Assembly (NCBI RefSeq): GCF_044704955.1 | Contig: NW_027253893.1 | Location: 62,001-126,000, forward strand | Length of the DNA stretch: 64,000 bases | Origin: Pristiophorus japonicus | Lineage: Eukaryota | Direction: 5' to 3' | Part shown: one piece after another, positions 12,045 through 21,349 of the stretch | Numbering within the stretch: position 1 is the first letter of the stretch | Layout of the letters: every line of letters begins with the position of its first letter | The notes under the pieces: model-generated | Told to the model about the DNA's origin: nothing | Seen by the model: only the letters and a program-made list of their open reading frames with translations | Databases searched by the model: none | Translations under genes and position numbers: made by a program

Positions 12045-13873
12045 AAGCTCTTACCGATATATAAAACGGAAAAGAGTGACTAAAGTAAATGTTAGTCCTT
12101 TATAAGATGAGAAGGGGGATTTAATAATGGGAAATATGGAAATGGCTGAGACCTTAAGCAATTATTTTGCTTCGGTCTTCACAGTGGAAGACACAAAAAC
12201 CATGCCAAAAATTGCTGGTCACGGGAATGTGGGAAGGGAGGACCTTGAGATAATTACTATCACTAGGGGCGTAGTGCTGGACAGGCTAATGGGACTCAAG
12301 GTAGACAAGTCCCCTGGTCCTGATGAAATGCATCCCAGGGTATTAAAAGAGATGGCGGAAGTTATAGCAGATGCATTCGTTATAATCTACCAACATTCTC
12401 TGGACTCTGGGGAGGTACCAGCGGATTGGAAAGCAGCTAATGTGATGCCTCTGTTTAAAAAAGGGGGCAGACAAAAGGCAGGTAACTATAGGCCGGTTAG
12501 TTGTAGTGGGGAAAATGCTTGAAACTATCATTAAGGAAGAAATAGTGGGACATCTAGATAGGAATAGTGCAATCAAGCAGACGCAACATGGATTCATGAA
12601 GGGGAAATCATGTTTAACTAATTTACTGGAATTCTTTGAGGATATAATGAGCATGATAGATAGAGGTGTACCGATGGATGTGGTGTATTTAGATTTCCAA
12701 AAGGCATTCGATAAGGTGCCACACAAAAGGTTAGTGCAGAAGATAAAGGTGCGCGGAGTCAGAGGAAATGTATTAGCTGGCTAACAGAAAGCAGGGAGTT
12801 GGGATAAATGGGTCCTTTTCAGGTTGGAAATCAGTGGTTAGTGGTGTGCCACAGGGATCGGTGCTGGGACCACAACTGTTTACAATATACATAGATGACC
12901 TGGAAGATGGGACAGAGTGTAGTGCAACAAAATTTGCAGATGACACAAAGATTAGTGGGAAAGCGGGTTGTGTAGAGGGTACAGAGAGGCTGCAAAGAGA
13001 TTTAGATAGGTTAAGCGAATGGGCTAAGGTTTGGCAGATGGAATACAATGTTGGAAAATGTGAGGTCATCCATCCTGGAAAAAAAAACAGTAAAAGGGAA
13101 TATTATTTGAATGGGGAGAAATTACAACATGCTGTTGTGCAGAGGGACCTGGGGGTCCTTGTGCATGAATCCCAAAAAGTTAGTTTGCAGGTGCAGCAGG
13201 TAATCAGGAAGGCGAATGGAATGTTGGCCTTCATTGCGAGAGGGATGGAGTACAAAAGCAGGGAGCTTCTGCTGCAACTGTATAGGTTATTGGTGAGGCC
13301 GCACCTGGAGTACTGTGTACAGTTTTGGTCACCTTACTTAAGGAAGGATATACTAGCCTTGAAGGGGGTACAGAGACGATTTACTCGGCTGATTCCGGAG
13401 ATGAGGGGGTTACCTTATGATAATAGATTGAGTAGACTGGGTCTTTACTCGTTGGAGTTCAGAAGGATGAGGGGTGATCTTATAGAAACATTTAAAATCA
13501 TGAAAGGGATAGACAAGATAGAGGCAGAGAAGTTGTTTCCACTGGTCGGGGAGACTAGAACTAGGGGGCACAGCCTCAAAATACGGGGGAGGCAATTTAA
13601 AACCGAGTTGAGAAGGAATTTCTTCTCCCAGAGGGTTGTGAATCTGTGGAATTCTCTGCCCAAGGAAGCAGTTGAGGCTAGCTCATTGAATGTATTCAAG
13701 TCACAGATAGATAGATTTCTAACCAATAAGGGAATTAAGGGTTACGGGGAGAGGGCGGGTAAGTGGAGCTGAGTCTACGGCCAGATCAGCCATGATCTTG
13801 TTGAATGGCGGAGCAGGCTCGAGGGGCTAGATGGCCTACTCCTGTTCCTAATTCTTATGTTCTTATGTTCTTA
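12045..13873 (+). mobile_element. CR1 (second subfamily) 5'-truncated ORF2, nested in the older CR1
   Basis: ORFs 12127..12522, 12506..12784, 12834..13772 ([14 protein letters not shown]); tail (TTCTTATG)x3 at 13852-13875. Confidence 0.93.
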
Positions 13874-14201
13874 TGAAGTGTGAGGTAATGCATTTGGGGA
13901 GGTCTAACAAGGAAAGGGAATACACAATAAATGGTAGGACACTGAGAAGTGTAGAGGAACAGAGGGACCTGGGAGTGCAGGTCCACAGATCCCTGAAGGT
14001 AGCAGGCCAGGTGGATAAGGTGGTTAAGAAGACATACGGAGTGCTTGCCTTTATTGGCCGAGGCATAGAATATAAGAGCAAGGGGTAATGCTTGAACTGT
14101 ATAAAACACTAGTTAGGCCACAGCTGGAATACTGCCTGCAGTTCTGGTCACCACATTACAGGAAAGATGTGAATGCACTGGAGAGGGTACAGAGGAGATT
14201 T

Positions 14202-14281
14202 ACATAGATACATAGATACATAGAAAATAGGTGCAGTTGTCGGCCATTCGGCTCTTCGAGCCTGCACCACCATTCAATATA
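14202..14281 (-). mobile_element. 80-bp CR1 tail inserted antisense
   Basis: acatagatacatagatacatagaaaataggtgcag...ccattcaatat interrupts host RRFT|RMLPG coding. Confidence 0.8.
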
Positions 14282-14934
14282 TGAGGATGTTGCCTGGGTT
14301 GGAGAATTTTGTCTATGAGGAAAGATTGGATAGGCTGGGGTTGTTTTCTTTGGAACAGAGGAGGCTGAGGAGAGACCTGATTGAGGTGTATAAAATTATG
14401 AGGGGCCTGGATAGAGTGGATAGTAAGGACCTGTTCCCTTAGCAGAGGGGTCAACAACCAGGGAGCACACCCGATTTACTATACCACCCAAAGGCAATTG
14501 CAGCTTTGTGGAATGATAAACAGGAGGAGGCCGTTCATCCAGATAGGAGGTCTAGAGGGATGGTGGGGGTCTGGAACTCACTGCCTGAAAGGGTAGTAGA
14601 GGCAGAAACCCTCACCACATTAAAAAGTACTTGGATGTGCCGTAACCTACAGGGCTACGGATCAAGAGCTGGAAAGTGGGATTAGGCTGGGTAGCCTCTT
14701 GGTCGGCCGGCACGGACACGATGGGCTGAATGGCCTCCTTCCATGCTGTAAATTTCTATGATTCTATGATATGATTACAGTACATTAGCGACCTCCTACT
14801 CTACCTTTCTGTTAACCGAGTCCAGAACACAAGCTCGGGCTCAACTGATGAGTTCAACATCTTTGCAGAACTGTTCATTCAATCTTCACCCCGATTGATA
14901 GGTTGGAGGACTGTTCTATTAACTTGTAGGAAAC

Positions 14935-15105
14935 AGAGGGGAGAGAGACAGAGACAAAGGAGGATAGGGGAACAGCAAGAGAGGGCAAGAAATAAAGAGG
15001 GGAGAAAGAAAGAACAAAAACAAAGAAAAGAATCAAAGGAGGAAAGGTGAGGATGAAAGGAGGCAATAAACGAGGCGAAGGAAAGAGTGAGGAAAGGAAG
15101 GGGTA
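14935..15105. repeat. Purine-rich low-complexity tract
   Basis: Almost exclusively A/G on + strand. Confidence 0.7.
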
Positions 15106-15305
15106 GCCAATCCCCAGTCAGCAAATTCAGACAATAAACACCACAAAAAAACATCGAAGGCATCCGGGCACAAGATACGTTTGGCTGTCCAGTTTTCAAA
15201 GCCTTTCTGGCAAAGAAGGATGTGTGTTGGAAGTGCACAGGCCGAGGGGTTTTCAAAGCAGTTAGTTTAACTGGACCAAGTGTTTGTGCTCAGTGAGGTG
15301 TGTTG

Positions 15306-15796
15306 TTCCACACTGCACAGTGCATGTTAGAATCCAGTCCAGATAGATACACCAGGTGTAATAACAGTTCCACACCACACAGTGCGTGTTAGAATCCAGT
15401 CCAGATAGATACACCAGGTGTAATAACAGTTCCACACCACACAGTGCGTGTTAGAATCCAGTCCAGATAGATACACCAGGTGTAATAACAGTTCCACACC
15501 ACACAGTGCGTGCTAGAATCCAGTCCAGATAGATACACCAGGTGTAATAACAGTTCCACACCACACAGTGCGTGTTAGAATCCAGTCCAGATAGATACAC
15601 CAGGTGTAATAACAGTTCCACACCACACAGTGCATGTTAGAATCCAGTCCAGATAGATACACCAGGTGTAATAACAGTTCCACACCACACAGTGCGTGTT
15701 AGAATCCAGTCCAGATAGATACACCAGGTGTAATAACAGTTCCGCACCACACAGTGCGTGTTAGAATCCAGTCCAGATAGATACACCAGGTGTAAT
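15306..15796. repeat. 62-bp minisatellite (GTTAGAATCCAGTCCAGATAGATACACCAGGTGTAATAACAGTTCCACACCACACAGTGCGT)n, ~8 near-identical copies
   Basis: CAGGTG at 15353, 15415 ... 15601 ... (62-nt period). Confidence 0.95.
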
Positions 15797-15889
15797 GAAA
15801 GTCTACTTTGTGCTCTGCCCCGGCAGGGTTAGGGAGGGCCATTGAAACTCCCTTTACCGCAAATGGGCCATAAAGCTGCATCTCAAACA

Positions 15890-17000
15890 GATCATCGGAT
15901 TACACCGGATATACAGCACAGAAACAGGCCATTCGGCCCAACAAGGCCATGCTGCTGTTTATGCCCCACTCGAGCCTCCTCCCGTCTTTCCTCATCTAAC
16001 TCTATCAGCATAACCCTCCATACCCTTCTCCCCCATTGGCTTGTCCAGCCTCCCCTTAAATGCATCGATACTATTCACCTCAACCCCTCCCTGTGGCAGC
16101 GAGTTCCACATTCTCACCACTCTCTGGGTAAAGAAGTTTCTCCTGAATTCCCCATTGGATTTCTTGGTGACTATCTTATATTGATGGCCTCTAGTTATGC
16201 TCTTCCCCACAAGTGGAAACACCTTCTCTGTATCCACCCTATCAAAACATTTCATAATTGTAAAGACCTCTATTAGGTCACCCCTCAGCCTTTTTTTTCC
16301 AAGAGAAAAGAGACCCAGCCTGTTCATCCTTTCCCGATATGTATACCTCACATTTCTGGTATCATCCTTGTAAATCTGTCTCCTTTCTCTAATATGGTGA
16401 CCAGAACGTTACGCAGGACTCCAAGTGTGGTCTAAACAAAGCTCGATACAGGTTTAGCATAACTTCCCTATTCTTCAATTCGATACCTCTAGAAATACAC
16501 CCGAGTGCTTGCCTGGCTAACCTACATCACAACTTTTAATGTTTTGTTCCAAGATCCCTTTGTTCCTCTACCCCACCTAGACTCACACCCTCCGAGTAAT
16601 AAGTGACCTCCCTATCCCTTAATCAACATAACAAAAACAGATTATCTGGACATTATCATGTTGCTGTGTGTGGGAGCTTGCTGTGCACAAATTGGCTGCC
16701 ATGTTTCCCACATTACAACAGTGACTACACTTCAAAAGTACTTCATTGGCTGTAAAACGCTTTGAGAAGTCTGGTGGCCGTGAAAGGCGCTATATAAATG
16801 CAAGTCTTTCTTTCTCCCTAACAAAATGTAATGCGTGCTCGGTGAACTTAATTTGCCAGTTTGCCCATTCTGCAAGTTTATTAATGTCCTCCTGTAAGTT
16901 GTTGCAGGCCTCCTCAGTATTGACGGTCGCCAAGTTTGGTGTCAGCCGCCAATTTAGAAATTGTGCTTTTGATTCCAAAGTCTAAACCGTTAATATAAAT
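15890..17000 (-). mobile_element. Degenerate CR1 3' part, interrupted by a SINE 3' half (+, ~16615-16815)
   Basis: ORF 15992..16351(-) RGDLIEVF...RNFFTQRVV; 16820-16980 RT-thumb-like; SINE tail gtgaaaggcgctatataaatgcaagtctttc. Confidence 0.8.
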
Positions 17001-17451
17001 TACATAAGACCATCTCATTTCCCACACGCCTTGCCTTAATTTGGGATACTGCCTCCATTAAAAGGAGTGGGTCAGAACCGCCCGAGTGATAAACCTTGTT
17101 ACACTCACACTGCAACAGGAGATCTTACTCCACCCATTACACTGGCACTCTGCCATATTTAGTCATCAATAAGTTAATACATGTGTGTGAAATTCCCTCG
17201 TCCAATGTTTTAACCCAATAATTGTGAACATCATTCAAACTGAACAGAAAAATCTGATACCAATAGACTGCCAATTAACAGATCCATTGCTGTTATTGCT
17301 AAGGAACGATTTCGACTGCACAGAAATCCTTCCAGTTCTCAACCTTTGAATTGGTTCAGTTCAAGCTGAGGTTTCAGAGACGAGAGGTGAATTAAACACT
17401 AAATTGGGAGCATGCACCGCGCAGATAGTTAAACGGCTACTGTCCAGGCAC

Positions 17452-17935
17452 AATAAGAACATAAGAACATAAGAAATAGGAGCAGGAGTCAGCCATACAG
17501 CCCCTCGAGCCTGCTCCGCCGTTCAATAAGTTCAATGGACTCAGCTCCATTTCCCTGCCCGCTTCCCATAACCCTTTATTCTCTTATTGCTTAAAAATCT
17601 ATCTTCCTCCACCTTAAATATATTCAGTTACCCAACCTCCACAGCTTTCTGGGGCAGAGAATTCCAGATTCAAAGAGAGAAAAAATTCCTCCTCATCTGT
17701 TTTAAATGGGCGGCCCCTTATTCTGAAACTATGCCCCCAGTTCTAGACTCCCCCACACGGGGAAACAGCCTCTCTGCATCCACCTTGTCGAGCCTCCTCA
17801 GAACCTTATATGTTTCAATAAGATCACCTCTCATTCTTCTGAACTCCAATATATAGGTGCAATCTGCTCAACCTTTCTTCATTAGACAATCCCTTCATCT
17901 CAGGAATTAACCGAGTGAACCTTCCCTGAACTGCT
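17452..17935 (-). mobile_element. CR1 3' fragment
   Basis: (ATAAGAAC)n tail on + at 17453-17475; antisense of ORF2 C-terminus. Confidence 0.85.
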
Positions 17936-18637
17936 CCACAATACAGTATCAACAGGACACAACCTTATTACACATGCAGCCGTTTGCTATCGGTCCAGCA
18001 GATCGCTGGTTAATGCTGAACGCTTGTTGGTGTGAGACATGTTTGATAAACACAAGTCCCTGTTCCTCATTCTGTGCAAACTATTTGCCCTCCATCAGCA
18101 CTGAAATATCCAGTGGAACCTGGAACTTATTCTATTTTACATCTAAAAGCTGTTCCTTCAACGATGTTAACTGTAACCTTAAACAACAGTCTGACTCCAA
18201 CTGTTAAATCCCGACACAATTGGATAATGTGTTTTAACTCGGATTATAACAAACCCCTAAAGCGCCTGCAATGTCCTACCGTCCAAATGACCAAATCTCC
18301 ACCCACAGAGCAAGTGTCCCAAAACTAGAATGTGGATCCCGCAGCTCAGACTGAACACATCCTGGAAACCCAAGTAACCTCCTCATTTATTAGATTCTGG
18401 GAATCAATTCCGTGGGCTTAAATCTTAACCCTGAACACTCCATCCAGTTAGCAGATGTTAGTCACAATTACTGGGTGTATTCTTAACTCGAAAGAATGGA
18501 GTCAGTCTCGGATAGAGTCGAGTAATTATTCTGAATATCTCACCGATTTCACACATTCGTGTATTACCGAATTCGCTAAATAACGCAAATTAAGAACATC
18601 AATATCAGATCAGGAAGGAATGAGAAGTTTGTCTTAC

Positions 18638-18981
18638 CCGAAGTCACTGTCAGCGAGGTTCCTGTGCCCCAGTAAGCAACCGTCTCGCACAGTAATAGAT
18701 GGCGGTGTCGCTGGCTCTCAGATCGCTGATTTCCAGGTAGGCGATCGCGGTCGAACCTCTTGAAGGAACAAATCGTCCTCGAATTCCAGGCGCATAACTA
18801 CTGGTACCACCAATCTTGTAATCCAGTAACCACTCCAGCCCTTGCCCGGGGACCTGTTTAACCCACTGCAGCCAGTAGCTGTCGAGGCTGAAGCCACTGA
18901 TTGTACAGGACAGTTTGTGAGACTCCCCGGGCCGTTTCACGGCAGCAGCAGACTGTCTCAGCTCGATAGCGGACCGCACGT
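18638..18981 (-). pseudogene. IGHV: Pre-joined immunoglobulin heavy-chain V(D)J exon, junction out of frame by 1 nt (IgW-like/IgM-like VH)
   Basis: Acceptor ctctcttctgttcacAG at 18982; V = (D)VRS-AIELRQSAAAVKRPGESHKLSC-TISGFSLDSYWLQ-WVKQVPGQGLEWLL...RF...DTAIYYCAR (both Cys and the Trp present); 11 nt later TGG GGC ACA GGA ACC TCG CTG ACA GTG ACT TCG G|GTAAGA = WGTGTSLTVTS + phase-1 donor; exon is 344 nt (not 3n); V frame stops at 18650-18652; no heptamer/nonamer between V and J. Confidence 0.92.
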
Positions 18982-19089
18982 CTGTGAACAGAAGAGAGAG
19001 TGAGAAGGGTGCACTTTAATACAGGGAACAACACGGGCTCACACAGCCTCCCGGACAAGCCAGGCAGCACTGGGTGCACAATAACTCAC

Positions 19090-19135
19090 CCATCACACAG
19101 GCCAGAAGGACACCGAGACAAGCAACACTCGCCAT
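19090..19135 (-). CDS. Ig heavy-chain leader exon (signal peptide MASVACLGVLLACVM-)
   Basis: ATG at 19135, 46 nt, hydrophobic, phase-1 donor G|GTGAGT at 19089; 108-nt intron to AG at 18982; splices in frame to the V exon (...VM-D-VRS). Confidence 0.92.
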
Positions 19136-19219
19136 TACCCCTGTGTGTGCAGACAGACAGACACACGCCACAAATCGGCAGCTTCAGGGCGCCTTGGTGT
19201 GGGGACCCAGTCAGTGCTG

Positions 19220-19227
19220 TTTAAATA
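19220..19227 (-). promoter_or_regulatory. TATA box of the IgH gene (TATTTAAA); GC box GGGGCGGGG at 19302-19310
   Basis: ~85 nt upstream of the leader ATG on the coding strand; no ATGCAAAT octamer seen before the CR1 at ~19421. Confidence 0.6.
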
Positions 19228-19420
19228 GGGAACTGGGCTGAGTGAGTGAGTGAGGTTCCAACAGAGGCACACCCACTCAAACCACAGGCTCAGCTTCCTC
19301 TCCCCGCCCCCAGCACACATTTCAATTCCCTGATTTATTTATACAGCAAGTCCCCAGCAAGAATCAGTTCCGCATTCAAGGTCCAGGGACAGTTTACTTG
19401 AGTTTATTTATTTGAATGTT

Positions 19421-20315
19421 AAACAGAGACAGGAAGTAAAGAGTCGGGATAAACGGGTCCTTTTCAGAATGGCAGGCAGTGACTAGTGGGGTGCCGCAGG
19501 GCTCAGTGCTGGGACCCCAGCTCTTTACAATATACATTAACGATTTGGATGAAGGAATTGAGTGTAATATCTCCAAGTTTGCAGATGACACTAAGCTGGG
19601 TGGTGATGTGAGCTGTGAGGAGGATGCTATGAGGCTGCAGAGTGACTTGGATAGGTTAGGTGAGTGGGCAAATACATGGCAGATGCAGTATAATGTGGAT
19701 AAATGTGAGGTTATCCACTTTGGGGGCAAAAACACGAAGGCAGAATATTATCTGAATGGCGGCAGATTAGGAAAAGGGGATGTGCAACGAGACCTGGGTG
19801 TCATGGTACATCAGTTTTGGTCTCCTAATCTGAGGAAGGACGTTCTTGCTATTGAGGGAGTGCAGCGAAGGTTCACCAGACTGATTCCTGGGATGGAAGG
19901 ACTGACATATGAGGAGAGACTGGATCGACTGGGCCTGTATTCACTGGAATTTAGAAGAATGAGAGGGGATCTCATCGAAATATATAAAATTCTGATGGGA
20001 CTGGACAGGTTAGATGCAGGAAGAATGTTCGCGATGTTGGGGAAGTCCAGAATCAGGGGACACAGTCTTAGGATAAGGGATAGGCCATTTAGGACTGCGA
20101 TGAGGAGAAACTTCTTCACTCAGAGTGTTGTTAACCTGTGGAATTCCCTGCCGCAGAGAGTTGTTGATGCCAGTTCATTGGATATATTCAAAAGGGAGTT
20201 AGATATGGCCCTTACGGCTAAAGGGATCAAGGGGTATGGAGAGAAAGCAGGTAAGAGATACTGAGGTGAATGATCAGCCATGATCTTATTGAATGGTGGT
20301 GCAGGCTCGATAGCT
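19421..20315 (+). mobile_element. CR1 RT/3' fragment with an internal in-frame deletion
   Basis: ORF 19479..20264; jumps from VMVHQ to FWSPNL at ~19812. Confidence 0.9.
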
Positions 20316-20319
20316 CCTT

Positions 20320-20615
20320 CCAATCCACTCCATCCAGGCCCCTCATAGTTTTATACACCTCAATTAACTCTCCGCTCAGCCTCCACTATTCCAAATAAAA
20401 CACCCCCGGCCTATCCAATCTTTCCTCATGGCCAACATTCTCCAGTCCCGGCAACATCCTCGTAAACCTCCTCTGTACCCTCTCCAGTGCAATCACATCT
20501 TTCCTGTAATGTGGTGACCAGAACTGCACGCAGTACTCCAGCTGTGGCCTAACAATGTTGTGTACAGTTCAAGCCTAACCCCCCTGCTCTTGTATCCTGT
20601 GCCTCGGCCAATAGA
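20320..20615 (-). mobile_element. Old CR1 fragment
   Basis: Antisense of ...[31 protein letters not shown]. Confidence 0.75.
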
Positions 20616-20739
20616 AGTCTGACCCAGAACATACGGAGGCCCCCCGAGCCCGGCCCACGGGTGAGTGCTGTGATTGAAGGAGTGTGGATGGGCCGGTTCC
20701 ATGGTCACAAGGGTTGATATGTTGGACAGTGTCCCTGAC

Positions 20740-21115
20740 AGTGGTGTGGAGGTTGTGTTACTGGACCAGGAATCCCGAGGCCTGGGCCGATCCAGTGCAC
20801 TCATCAATCCCACCAGTTTAACAATCTCAAATCAGTTTACAAATCTGGAGCTTTTAAAGAGGAGCAGATAGCGGTGAGAGTCCCGACTGTTGTTCAGGGA
20901 AGGTAACCTGTCGCCCTTACCCGGCCCGGCCTATATGTGACTCCAGACCCACACCAACTCCTCACTGCCCTGTGAGGTGGGCCGGGCCAGACACTGGGTT
21001 GTCCCAAATCGAGGGTCAGGGAGAAGGCCAAACACCATCACTCCCTTCTCATTGGCGACTAGGGCATGGGCACAAAATGGCGGCTTGGCCAGCGATGGCC
21101 ACATCCCGAGAACGG
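20740..21115 (+). mobile_element. Degenerate SINE-like element
   Basis: cagggaagg...ggcctatatgtgactccagacccac ... ggccagcgatggccacatccc; related to 6135-6600. Confidence 0.55.
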
Positions 21116-21349
21116 AGTGTTCAACAATCGCTGCCATTATTGGCTCCGTGTTTTCCACTCCCTCTGCACGGCCGTGATGTGGGGGAGGGGCTGGGGGCCG
21201 GGGATTGATGTGGGGGGAGGGGAGGGAGGGAGAGGAGAGGGGATTGATGGGGGCAGGGGGAGGGGATTGATGGAGAGGCGAGAAGGGAGAGAGAGGAGAG
21301 GGGATCAATGGCGGGGGGGTGGGGGAGTGGAGAAGCTCGGAGAGTGGGG

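Larger units (their letters stand above)
11790..14770 (+). mobile_element. Older CR1 RT/3' fragment hosting nested insertions
   Basis: 11830 [10 protein letters not shown] ... WQMKY (12030) resumes as KCEVMHLG at 13876; tail tttctatgattctatgat at 14752-14770. Confidence 0.8.

Noticed and set aside
15306-15796. CRISPR array or RSS array (each unit has CACAGTG)
   Set aside because: Units are contiguous with no unique spacers; no ACAAAAACC-like nonamer at 12 or 23 nt from the heptamer.
18688-18694. Cryptic heptamer TACTGTG at the V 3' end
   Set aside because: Standard by-product of YYC codons in most VH genes; not specific to this locus.
18638-18981. TCR, Ig light-chain or IgNAR V, or a processed retrocopy
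   Set aside because: J motif is WGxG, full FR2/CDR2 and YYCAR are VH-type; the leader intron and J donor with downstream intron are retained.
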